A DNA stretch of 31,052 nucleotides, taken from contig NIVC01002134.1 of NCBI GenBank assembly GCA_002269645.1, forward strand, positions 1 through 31,052, read 5' to 3'. Every line of letters begins with the position of its first letter. The stretch's first letter is position 1. The notes under the pieces were generated by a model that searched no databases, was not told where the DNA came from, and worked only from the letters and a program-made list of their open reading frames with translations. Both the position numbers and the translations under genes were made by a program. This DNA comes from Macrostomum lignano (Eukaryota). Positions 7,221 to 17,970 of this stretch are shown here, one piece after another.

Positions 7221-8419
7221 TTACTCATCATCAGAGCTGCTGTACGAGTCGTCCGATGAAGACACGCTAGCTGTAGTAGCGTCCGCAGCAGCACGCTTTA
7301 AAAATGCTGTCTCCTTGGACGCTACCCTGGTTCCAGAGGCAGGTGTACTCACCAAGATCTTTGCTGGTGGAGCCTCCACCCAGTCTGTGCCATCTGCACC
7401 AGCTTCGGCAGAATTGTTTTGCTGTTTTGCACCGCTGCGTTTTCGAACTTGCTTTTTAGGCGGTGGTTCAATAGAGGCTGGCGCTGCATTCGATGTAGTC
7501 GACTTCTTCGATACGGTGGTGGTAGACCGACGCTTTGCAGGTGACTTGGCAGGTGTCACCTGGCTTGAATTCTGCAGGCTTTGTTCATTTGCTTCTTCTT
7601 GCTCACAGGTAGATGTTGGGGACGGACTCCTGCTTCTAATTGCTGACTTGGTCGCGGGTAGGTGTGCAAGCACTCCCTTGAACATGTCGAGGCGCTGCAA
7701 CATGTTGTCGGAAGATTCTATGAGTGTCAGAGAGCGCACAGCGAATGTAATGCGCCAGACGAGGCAGCCTTTTGGACAATACAAGCTCGTTGCTTGCACT
7801 GTCATTTGGTAGGTACCGCTGACACCTTTGAAATCGGAAATGGACACCTCCTTCCCGTGTGGATGATCGTTGCTGATCCTGATTGTGGCACAAGGGTAAG
7901 CAGGCTTTATAGCCAGCCATTGTTGAGGCACAAACTCGAGGACGTCGTTAGCATGCTGATGAGCTGGTTTTGTTAGTCGTGCCAAGGGTCGAGCATCTTG
8001 AATCTCGTTCAACTTGACCGATAGACCTTTTTCGACTTGACTGCAAAACATTATATAAATTATGAATATAGTTTCCTAAAATTAATTGTATAAATTTAAT
8101 ATGGTGCTCACCGGAGAGAGTGGAAGAGTTCCTTATCGCAGCTGTCTGGATGAAATTGGACACTTACTGCGTCGCGAGAGTCGTGTCTGCAAGACGGATG
8201 ATCGAGCTCTGGCCTTTCTGCGATTCCACGAAAAAGCTCCATTGGAGCCTTGGTTTGCAATATAATTGGGTACCATTTTGTACACTCGATTGATGGTTTC
8301 CACGCAATAGATCGAAACTGGCAGGACGAACCAGTCGTGGTTGTAGACTGCTCTCCAACGTAAAAAATCGGACTCGAGTCGGAGCGTACAATTGACTCCG
8401 TCTTGATGCAAGCTGCCAT
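7221..8419 (-). CDS. Two-exon orphan gene, 375 aa (exons 8419-8112 and 8040-7221), with a Ser/Lys-rich, acidic low-complexity C-terminal tail
   Basis: A 71-nt AT-rich GTGAGC...TTTTGCAG intron (8111-8041) joins tracked ORFs 8108-8419 and 7221-8051 in phase 2. ATG is in gacATGG context with an upstream TATA box. Confidence 0.75.
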
Positions 8420-8497
8420 GTCTTACAAGCAATTGAATATAGTATTTCTTTTGCTGTAATGATTGAGCTCATGAAAAATTGACTATTTCGGGTCTTG

Positions 8498-8505
8498 TAT
8501 TTATA
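8498..8505 (-). promoter_or_regulatory. Canonical TATA box (TATAAATA) of the 375-aa gene
   Basis: TATTTATA on + strand, about 80 nt upstream of ATG 8419. Confidence 0.55.
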
Positions 8506-9109
8506 GCAAGCATTGCATGCTGTTTGTGAACTAGTAAACAAATTTAATTGTTGCGTGCTGATTAAGACATTGTTGCGTGCCAAAGGTGGCATAAGTTTCT
8601 AGGGTGGGTTGCATGATTAGGTCTAATTTTACGCAAATGTAGGTTGATATTTTATACAATAAAATTAATGAATCTTAGGCACACTAGTTATAAATTTGCA
8701 AGAGTAACACGATGGCAAGCGTTTAATAAGAAGACTGCTGGTTGCTGCTTCATTAGATTGGTTTTGTTCTCAAGTAGAATGTAATTAAAATATTTTGCGA
8801 CTTGAAAAATTAGCAATCTTGGATTTTAGAGTAAAAATAAGCTGCACGCGGTGCTATGAAATTAATTTATTGAAAGTTTTGCTTGCATGTTGGAATTTTT
8901 TAGCTCGCACGGTGACAAGAGATTGCTTGAGTAACCTATATATAGAGTGTTACTTTTCAAACAGAAAAATGTATAGTTGTAACTCAGCTTTTGCAGTCCT
9001 ATATTGAGCAGAAGCTATATAGAGTTACACTATAATGCTGCGACACGCAGCTTGTTGGGACTATAATGACTGCCGCTGCTATAACCGCATGCAGTCAGTG
9101 CAGTTGACA

Positions 9110-9920
9110 CACAAATGCTGTTTGGACTAAGCTAAATTACTGTGTTGAGACAGTTAAGCTGGACCACGGCTAAATCACTATTGATACGGTTAATTGCTAC
9201 TAGACCCATGGCTAAATCACTGTACGTTGAGACGGTTAAGCTGGACCACGACTAAATCGCTGTACGTTGAGACGGTGGTTAAGCTGGACCATGGTTATAA
9301 AACTGGACGGGTGGTTAAGCTGGACGACTACAGCTAAAATTACTGTTGAGTCAGTTATGCTAGACCACAGCAGCCAAATCACAGTTGAGGTAAAGCTGAC
9401 CATAGCTAATTCTCACTGTTGAGACGGGTGCTGCTGCTTGGCTCACAGCTAAATAACTGGACAGTTAAGCTAATCGGACTACAGCTAAATCCCTGTTGAG
9501 ACAGTTGCCTGGACCACAGCTAAAATCACTGTTGAGGCAGTTAAGTCTGGACAACAGCTAAAATTACTGTTGAGACAGTTAAGCCTTGACTATAGCTAAA
9601 TCATCGTTGAGGTAGTTAAGCCTGGACTATAGCTAAATCACTGTTGATGCAGTTTTAAGCTAGACCACAGCTAAATCATACTGCTGAGGCAAAAAAGCCG
9701 GACCACGGCTAAAAACTGTTGGGGCAAAAGCTGGACCACAGCTAAATCATACTGTTGAGGCAAAAGCTGGACCACAGCTAAATCATACTGTTGAGGCAAA
9801 AGCTGGACCACAGCTAAATCATACTGTTGAGGCAAAAGCTGGACCACAGCTAAATCATACTGTTGAGGCAAAAGCTGGACCACAGCTAAATCATACTGTT
9901 GTGGCAAAAGCCAGACCATG
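9110..9920. repeat. 36-bp tandem repeat array (GGCAAAAGCTGGACCACAGCTAAATCATACTGTTGA)
   Basis: Five nearly perfect copies at 9723-9902, progressively degenerate copies leftward to about 9110. Confidence 0.9.
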
Positions 9921-10175
9921 GCTAAAGAAACGTATGAAAAAAAATTATTTGCATGGATTAATAATTTTTGTTTAATGATGACTGTACAAGATATTGACTT
10001 TATATTGAATTAAATAATTTCAATGAATGGTGAATAAAATTGAAAGATTTTTTTAGAATAATGAATTTATAGAGATTATATTATTGATTACAGACTTGTT
10101 TGATATATACTAAAAGAGCAATTACTTGGACACATTGCTGGCAAAATTTTATGAAGAGTTAGAAAAAATGTCTTT

Positions 10176-11037
10176 TTAAGATAGGTCCCAATATTCAAAT
10201 ACTTGAGTTGTATTACAGGTCTTTGCTAATTCTACTTGGTAGAAGCCTGTGCTCATTTGAGAGACTTTTACAGACTTGATGTCCTTCTGTACAATAATTG
10301 GCGAGTTTAGCAGCGGTTGAACTTGGCTAGAAATAGCAATTGATGATGATGGTGTTTCAGTTGCTGTCGTTGGTTTGGTACTTGTAGGCTTACTGCAAGT
10401 TTGCTTTGTTGGGTCATTGTAGCTGGTTGGTGATGGTGGTGGTGGTGCATACTGCAGTTGGTCAGTTGGTCGTGGGTTCGATTGCTGCCTAATTGACTGA
10501 ATAACATCAGTTCTTGTGTAAATGCGATCTAGCTCAGTTGTCTGTCTCTCGACATGAATCGAGGTTACTCTGGCGAGAGATGTAGAATATGATGCTCTTG
10601 CAGCAGAATTGGATGTGGTGGTGTCGTGGCAAATGCGTTTGCACTGATCTGGAGGTGGCCGCGTGAAGAAACCATTCTTGAATGCTATAATAATGGATAA
10701 GATGAGGGAAATTTGGTATAGGTGCATGTATACAATGTATATAGAAACTGAACTAGCAGAGAATCAGTCTAAACAGAAACCGAACTAGCAGACAATCAAT
10801 CTAGAAATTCTGAACTAGCAGAGTATTAGTCTAAACAGAAACCGAACTAGCAGACAATCAATCTAGAGACTGAACAAACAGAGGATCGGTCTAAACAGAA
10901 ACCGAACTAACAATCAATCTAGAAACTAAACTATAGCGAACAGTCAATCTAAAAAAGAAAACTGAACTAGAGTAGGTGATTATCTTACCTTGTTTAACAT
11001 AGCGCTCGGCCAATTCCTGCTGACGTGATCGCTTCAT
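10176..11037 (-). CDS. Two-exon orphan gene, 185 aa (exons 11037-10989 and 10684-10176), Thr/Pro/Ser-rich
   Basis: ATG 11037 (MKRSRQQELAERYVKQ), strong donor AAG|GTAAGA and acceptor ccattattatag join in phase 1 into tracked ORF 10176-10727. A (TA)n TATA-like tract lies at about 11125-11136. Confidence 0.55.
10745..10970. repeat. Degenerate ~60-bp tandem repeats (AGAAACCGAACTAGCAGACAATCAATCT-containing) inside the predicted intron
   Basis: Three to four recurring units are visible. Confidence 0.8.
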
Positions 11038-11447
11038 TTCACTTAAGATGTAAGTATAGTTGAACAAGTAGTATAATGTAAACTTGGTTTAAGTTATTTA
11101 ATATTTTCTGTGTCAGTGTGTTCGTATATATATATAGTATAAAGAAGAAGCATGTTGACGCAGTTGTTGACATAGTATCTGTAAACCATCTGCTCAAGTT
11201 GGTGCAAAAATTCTATAGGCACTCAAGAATAGATCATTTACTATCTTTCTTCAAAAGGGTGATAATATTCACAAGTTTTCAATATTTCAATAACACTTGA
11301 AATGTGTGAATAGCTTTGGAGTAAATTTGTCTTGAATGGAATCCTTTGAAGTGTGTTTGTGTCACCATTGCTAGAATCGGTTACTTGTATTTTGGACAGG
11401 TGGATATGCAATTCGTCTGAATAATCACGTTGCGTAAAAGATATTTA

Positions 11448-11516
11448 GCGTGCACTTGGAATTTCAGACTGCGTGCACATGGAATTTCAGACTGCGTGCA
11501 CATGAAATTTCGGACT
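11448..11516. repeat. Three 23-bp tandem units GCGTGCACATGGAATTTCAGACT (candidate subterminal repeat)
   Basis: Units at 11448, 11471 and 11494. Confidence 0.9.
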
Positions 11517-12064
11517 CTGCCATTTTTTTGGGCCTGTACTTACTATGTATTTCGCCATAAGGAAATCGGCTTTGTGTCAAAAAAACGTATACTACTAGCA
11601 GGATATGGCGGATGCATGTGGGGAGGTGAGCTGGTTTGCCTTTTTCACAGGTCAGTTCAAATCTCCCTGCCGCCTGGTTGAGGGCTTGAATTTTCCGATT
11701 CGAGAACTCTTTGAGAAGCGGCCTAGAGCTGTATAGAGCTCTCCGCTCCGCTGGATGGCAACTTTCCCGTCCCATTTCCATTCCTAGCTTGCCTTCCCAC
11801 CGTTCGTCTTTCCCTTCTCTCCAACGGACTGCTCGTAGCTCCGAAGCGATAATCAGACACAATATGATAGACTACTCAGAGGCAAGACTTTTCTCACAAT
11901 TGCTGTAGAGTCAAGACTTACATTAAAGTGTGTGTAAAGCATTAGCGATCTCTCAAAAGTGTTGTTTTAAGAGGAAAGCACTAACCAATTAGCTTATAGC
12001 AAAGTTGTTTCACCCCCCCCCCCCACAATCTATCTGTGATGACGTCGAAGATTGCTTAGTTATT

Positions 12065-12663
12065 GATAGATTGTCTATGGTTTTGGAGGCAGACAATGGT
12101 AGATTGTGTCTATGGTTTTGGAGGCAGACAATGGTAGATTGTGTCTATGGTTTTGGAGGCAGACAATGGTAGATTGTGTCTACGGTTTTGGAGGCAGACA
12201 ATGGTAGATTGTGTCTACGGTTTTGGAGGCAGACAATGGTAGATTGTGTCTAGGGTTTGGAGAAAGACTATGGTAGATTGTGTCTACGGTTTTGGAGGCA
12301 GACAATGGTAGATTGTGTCTAGGGTTTGGAGAAAGACTATGGTAGATTGTGTCTACGGTTTTGGAGGCAGACAATGTTAGATTGTGTCTAGGGTTTGGAG
12401 AAAGACTATGGTAGATTGTGTCTACGGTTTTGGAGGCAGACAATGTTAGATTGTGTCTACGGTTTTCGAGAAAGACCATGATAGATTGTGTCTACGGTTT
12501 TGGAGGCAGACAATGATAGATTGTGTCTAGAGTTTGGAGAAAGACTATGGTAGGTTTTGTCTATGGTTTTGGAGGCAGACAATGTTAGATTGTATCTAGG
12601 GTTTTCGAAAAAGACAATGATAGATTGTGTCTAGGGTTTTCGAGAAAGACAATGATAGATTGT
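12065..12663. repeat. 35-bp satellite/minisatellite, left array (GGTTTTGGAGGCAGACAATGGTAGATTGTGTCTAC), with a variant unit giving a ~69-bp dimer
   Basis: Roughly 17 tandem units are visible. Confidence 0.95.
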
Positions 12664-12665
12664 TA

Positions 12666-13502
12666 TGTCACGTTATTGGCGTAGTGGCTAGGACCCTTAA
12701 AAGGGCCGTTTAACGGGAATCGTCGTAAGTCGTTGTAGTCCCAAAATGAATCGAAGTCAACTCTTGTAAAGTGGATTGTGTAGCGGAGCACTTGGCGTAT
12801 AAGGGCAGGAAACTGCCGTAGTTAATTTATTTTTGAGATCAATATTCAAACGGGTTAATGTCAATACAGAACTTATCGCACTTTGGGACACTGGCGGCTG
12901 CAACAATGGTTTTAAAGGTAATTTAGAATGACGAAGTCGAGTAGCAGGCGAAGGATACAATGGCGACGCAACGTAGTGAGTGATGGCGATGAGCACAGTG
13001 GAGGCAGTGAGTAGTAAGTAAACAGGCAGATACCTGGTAAGTAACGGTGAGAGTGGCGTTAGCCGTGGCAGTACACAGTGGAGTACGGAGTGTAGACAGG
13101 CTGGCCCAGACAGAGGAGCCGTGGCGAGAGATAAGGAGGCTCGAGGCAGCCAAGAGAGAGAGAAGGAAAACGAGAGCCAGACGCCCGAAGCCAGAAGTGA
13201 GGAGGGGGCCCCAGCCCGCCGCCAGGCGGGGGGTTAATAAAGAGCGCAGAAGGGTTAGCATAAAACACGGAGAGTTTTCATTGGCTGGCGAGAGAACTTG
13301 AAATCATCGATCGTGGTAAAATTTACAGACGAACGCAAGGCCTACCAAATACACAGTGAATTAGCAATTGATACAGATTATTTGCACGCTACTACAAGTA
13401 ATCGTTAAAATAAACTATTGGAGAAACTTAGATGAGACATTGCGAGGGAAACTATAGTCCAACGGCCCTTTTGCGGGACCACCTTAAACTAGCAACGTCA
13501 CA
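12666..13502. mobile_element. 837-bp insertion with TG...CA ends and imperfect inverted termini (solo LTR or non-autonomous TIR element)
   Basis: Interrupts the 35-bp satellite mid-unit. TGTCACGTT versus the reverse complement of AACGTCACA match 8/9. A perfect subterminal inverted 12-mer AAAAGGGCCGTT / AACGGCCCTTTT is present. AATAAA at 13236. No clean TSD. Confidence 0.6.
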
Positions 13503-14180
13503 GTGTCTACGGTTTTCGAGGCAGACAATGGTAGATTGTGCCTATGGTTTTGGAGGCAGACAATGGTAGATTGTGCCTATGGTTTTGGAGGCAGACAATG
13601 TTAGATTGTGTCTACGGTTTTCGAGAAAGACAATGATAGATTGTGTCTACGGTTTTGGAGGCAGACAATGGTAGATTGTGTCTAGAGTTTGGAGAAAGAC
13701 TATGGTAGGTTTTGAAGGCAGACAATGTTAGATTGTATCTAGGGTTTTCGAAAAAGACAATGATAGATTGTGTCTAGGGTTTTCGAGAAAGACAATGATA
13801 GATTGTGTCTACGGTTTTCGAGGCAGACAATGGTAGATTGTGCCTATGGTTTTGGAGGCAGACAATGGTAGATTGTGCCTAGGGTTTTGGAGGCAGACAA
13901 TGGTAGATTGTATCTAGGGTTTGGAGAAAGACAATGGTAGATTGTGCCTATGGTTTTGGAGGCAGACAATGGTAGATTGTGCCTATGGTTTTGGAGGCAG
14001 ACAATGGTAGATTGTGCCTAGGGTTTTGGAGGCAGACAATGGTAGATTGTGCCTAGGGTTTTGGAGGCAGACAATGGTAGATTGTATCTAGGGTTTTGAA
14101 GAAAGACAATGGCAGCTTGTTTCTATGCTTTTGGAGGCAGACAATAGTAGATTATGTCTATGGCTTTGGAGGCAGACAAT
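13503..14180. repeat. 35-bp satellite, right array
   Basis: The same unit resumes immediately after the insertion; roughly 19-20 units. Confidence 0.95.
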
Positions 14181-14990
14181 GAGCCAACGATTGGCGAAGC
14201 CAGAGAGACCAGAGAGATATGTCAGGCCCCTATGACCGGCTGGCGGTCAGCAAAGCTGGTGGGAGGTGCCAGTCGGTCCCGCAAGGCAATGGAGGGGGTG
14301 GGCAGTGTGAAAAGGTGGCTCGTGCAGATGAGTTACACCGCAGAGGAGGTGCGATGGTCGCCTGCAGTGCGCGCGCGGTGTGGGCTATTGTACATTGAGG
14401 GGTGGACAGTGAAAACTCGGACAGCTCGGACAGTGTGTAGCCAGGACAACTCGGCCCAGCTTTCACGGCTGGCGTCCACGACGGCCTTGGGGACTTTACG
14501 AGCGTAAAGCGTAGCACTTTCCTGATCCCAACTTTTGGTGCCGCTGCTGCAGCTGGCGCCTTTACAATACCGAAGTTCGCTAAATCTTTATTCAAAATCT
14601 TACTCAATAAAGGAAGCAAACAAGACTTGAGTTGTTTATCAACTTTTCTTGGAGTACAATGTATTCTTCGATATATTATTCAAAGCAAGTATGTTTTCGA
14701 AATTTATTATATTTGAACATTAAAGTTTATTATAGAAATTTTCATCCACCAAAATTCGCCTCAAAGTCAAAAATTAAACAAACTTAATAGCAGTTTAAAC
14801 GCTTGAAAAAGTTTAGAAAAACGGTATTGGACAGAAATTTAGTTTTTAAAAAAATACATGAGTTCTTCAGTTATTTATATTATTGCAATAAAGACGTTTC
14901 ATTGAAAGCGATAAAAAGTTCAGTAAAGTTAAACAATTCCCAAAGTTAATTCAGTTTTTAAGACCTTTCTTTGCTCTTCTTGTAAAAAAT

Positions 14991-17284
14991 TCACTTTCTT
15001 GGTAGCGTTGCTGGCAGTTTGGACTGAAATTCATTTTAATATTGGTGAATTGAGAAAGTATGTTTGATAATGTAGTGCACAGATTTTTTATCTATCTGTT
15101 CACTTTAAAAATTAAAAAAATACATCAGAATAAGCTAATAGCTACCTTCTGTATTGACGAATGAAATCGTTTCGTTGACTTGCGCAGAATCTGAAAAGCA
15201 CAGAAGAAACGATGGAAGCAAATAATATTGAATGATTTAGTGGATTTTACGTTTTAAAGTGAAACATATCCAAAGAATGATGGGTTGTAGCCTACAGGTT
15301 AAGAGCGTCGGTCTCACGACTGAAAGGTCGGGAGTTCGATTCTCGACCCACTCCTTGAGTAAGACCGAGCTGTACAATAGGTGCCAGCATTAGCTGGGTA
15401 ATTGAGGGTGTGTGGAGCCCCCCAGTCCTTGGTCTGAACAGCCGTACGCAGCCTTCAGATGCGCCATGCAATAGCTGTGTCTGAGCTTTCGGTTACACAT
15501 CTGCCTATTAGTGTGTAATCAATCAGTATTCAATTAAAAATGATTATAATGACCATTGTCGTTATTGTGGTTATTGTCGAGAAAAATGATGACAATAAAC
15601 TGAAAATGAAAAAAAGATGCAACCAAAGAGCCAGAAAATTACCAGCATGTTTCTCTCCACAATGAGTCGCCTAACAGCTGCCACATCGCTGTACCGATCG
15701 TCTTCAACGCTGACGCTGCTGCCCCACGGCAAGGTGCGCGACGTCTCCGGATGCGGAGCTCCGATGACGGCCAGCGGTGATGGCAGCACCCGCTGACCCG
15801 GCTGCGGTGCCTGCTGCTGCTGCTGCAGCTGCTGCTGAATCGGCAGCAGGAATTGGTGCACAGCGATGCCGAAGCGTTGCAGATCGGCAGCCACGGCACT
15901 TTTACGATCATTGAGCTCGTCAGCCGTGTAACTGTCCGCTTTAGCCAACACAGGGACCAAGTTCACCTGCGCGAGGTTTTAGTTTTATGGATTGCACTAA
16001 CAGTCGCAATAAATCAGAAACAAACTTGGAGCTCACTTTAAGACAGTCATCGCATTAGTAGTCCTATTAGTGCACAACCATTTGGCACACTGTATATATT
16101 ATTAGATTATGCTTTTCTTGCTACTCCTAGTAGAGAATTAAAACGAGCTAGATTTCCGATACCTAAATGTGCACCAATACTTTAGATTAGCTGACGCACT
16201 TTAAAATTTTTATACAACCGGCGAGAGGCATTACTGCCCATTCCAGATACGTACGCGGTCATACGTGTACGCACAGGCACACACTCACACAGGAGTGTAC
16301 AGCGGCCCTAACTTTACCTATCGTTAGGCATGTACAATTCACTGTGCCTTGGGGGTCGGCTCAAGGCCGTTAATTGCTCGAGCAGAGCCAAGCCGAGATT
16401 CCAATTCAGCTCGTAGCTCCGAATTAATGTGACTGCACTTGGAATCGAGCCTGGTCCGAGTGCATATCCTATAAGAACGCCGCGATAGACCACTAGGCTA
16501 CGCGGCCACCTTTTCTGAGCATTGCTTGCTAGAATAAGTAAACTACATGTAGCAGAACGAGTTAAAAGCTTTCTACCTTGTCCTCGAGGTACTTTAAAGC
16601 CAAAGCGTCGCATCTGCGCAGGCCCCGGCCTCCAATTGGCGGCAGAAAGTACAAACAGCAGTGGACTCGTTCGTCCTCTTCCGGACGAAAATCGAATTGA
16701 TTGACGGCTCTGGTGTTGACATAGCTGGTCACCTGTAGGTTTTTAGAATTTACAGTACTCATATTTATATTAATTTTAACTTTTTAATGATTCGAACAAA
16801 TACGAACCTGTTTGGCTAAGAAATCAGCAACCGAAGTCCATGGGCTTCGGTTGCTTTCGCCAACAGTGTAATTAACTGTACTCATCAGTCGGACCGTCAG
16901 TCTACGATTGTTGCCGCTTAGAAACGACTGTTGTTGCTGCTGCTGCTGTTGCTGAGTTTGTGATTCGTTTAGTGACTCAATTGTTGAGCTGGAGTCACCT
17001 AAGCAGAGCTTCTCTTTCAGCACGCTGACGGGAAACTCTCTGGATGGGTCGGCCCCGGCAGTGACAGCCACCGCGCGATCTTTGTCTTCCCGTAGGCCTG
17101 CGGCTCTCACTCCGAACAGAGTCTCAAGGAAGGTCACCTTTCCTAAGCCGTCCTCGCCAATTGCGAGCAGGTTGAAGCAGGCCGGCTTGCTTAGCAGGTA
17201 GTCGATGGTCTGCGACTCGAGGCACTGGCGCAGGTAGGCAGCTTCTTGCTGGCCAGTTTGTTGCGTTTTCGTACCGGATTCCAT
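14991..17284 (-). CDS. Divergent septin (SEPT6-group-like), 344 aa; exons 17284-16808, 16732-16577, 15966-15643, 15190-15146, 15023-14991
   Basis: FNLLAIGEDGLGKVT (P-loop), RVHCCLYFLPP, VNLVPVLAKAD (G4), LAVIG..RTLPWG..VED (septin unique element). All GT-AG junctions are phase 0. The last two short exons are less certain. Confidence 0.85.
15282..15540 (+). mobile_element. tRNA-derived SINE-like insert in septin intron 3
   Basis: A box TAGCCTACAGG (15288-15298), B box GTTCGATTC (15334-15342), degenerate cloverleaf with a 6-nt anticodon loop, then an unrelated body and A-rich end. The 3' boundary is approximate. Confidence 0.6.
16200..16507 (-). mobile_element. Second tRNA-derived SINE-like insert in septin intron 2
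   Basis: Minus strand begins GGCCGCGTAGCCTAGTGG (A box), with a variant B box GGCTCGATTCC and a CCCAAGGCAC core-like motif. The 3' boundary is approximate. Confidence 0.5.
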
Positions 17285-17862
17285 CTCTTTAGTAACAACT
17301 ATAGGGTGAAGAATTTCGCTCTGTCTTAGGCAAGGACACTCAACAAAGGAGGTTTCAGCTGCGTTAATATTTAACACAAAATCTCAGTTTGTTTGTTTTA
17401 GCGACTTCTTTTTCGGCCTATACTAATCTGTTCGGTCTTTCTGGCTTCTCTGCTCCTTGCTTCTGAAGCCTGGTACTAGCGTAGTTTAATCTGAATCATC
17501 GTTTTTTTCACAGTTCCCACGATATTTTTCTTTTTATTCGCAGCAGCAACTGCAGCATACGATAGGTCTTAAATACAAATGTAAACCCACTAACGCACAA
17601 GTTGCAAGTGGCTGCGTATTGGCTTTCGTAAGCAACTCTAGTATGCAAGATTTATTATTAGATGGTCTAAAGACTCTGCTTGTAGGCAGTCACGGTGGGA
17701 AAATGCTACAGGCTGAAAAAACTTCAAGACCTTTTTTAACGTATTGTAGCTAAATACTCGTAATTAGCCTGTAAATTATCCATGAGCGAATTAACCTGAT
17801 AAGGAATGTAAAAAATCAAAATGAAAAACAATTAAATCGAAGATATGACTTCTGTACTTTAG

Positions 17863-17868
17863 TTTATT
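17863..17868 (-). terminator. Polyadenylation signal of the WSC gene
   Basis: AATAAA about 100 nt downstream of the stop at 17971. Confidence 0.5.
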
Positions 17869-17970
17869 GGCTTATGAAATCCGGAAAATCATTGAATCAT
17901 TTAGGAGCATTTTAATTATCTTTCCAACACCATTAGTGAGTTATTTGAATCAAAGTTTCACAATGCCGAT

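Larger units (their letters stand above)
1..11876 (-). mobile_element. Endogenous Polinton/Maverick (adintovirus-like) element, right-hand part; continues beyond the left window edge
   Basis: Co-oriented cluster of integrase, penton, A32/FtsK ATPase, PLA2X, dUTPase and pPolB remnant, which is the typical Polinton/adintovirus gene set. Well supported for 1-8500. Extension to 11876 rests only on a candidate AGTAGT terminus and is tentative. Major capsid and protease genes are not in the window. Confidence 0.88.

Noticed and set aside
7195-7812. 205-aa plus-strand ORF
   Set aside because: Antisense shadow of the spliced 375-aa gene; no recognisable features.
9671-9919. ORF with VQLLPQQYDLAV repeats
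   Set aside because: Translation of the 36-bp array; no promoter or splice support.
9110-9920. 36-bp array as a CRISPR array
   Set aside because: Units are contiguous with no unique spacers, there are no cas genes, and the context is eukaryotic.
10685-10727. Apparent signal peptide MHLYQISLILSIIIA of ORF 10176-10727
   Set aside because: It coincides with the pyrimidine-rich 3' end of a predicted intron; an in-frame upstream exon with a strong donor explains the gene better.
11831-11845. 15-mer GCTCGTAGCTCCGAA shared with 16409-16423
   Set aside because: One such match is roughly expected by chance in a 31-kb self-comparison, and there is no flanking similarity.
12065-14180. 35-bp repeats as CRISPR, and ORF 12180-12479 as a gene
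   Set aside because: Head-to-tail satellite without spacers; the ORF is just the translated repeat.
15282-15354. Functional tRNA gene
   Set aside because: 6-nt anticodon loop, mispaired T-stem and incomplete acceptor stem; more consistent with a SINE head.
17285-17377. N-terminal extension of the septin from the tracked start at 17377
   Set aside because: Non-ATG start, and an acceptor (ttcttcaccctatag, 17299) lies just upstream of ATG 17284, so this is likely intron or outron.
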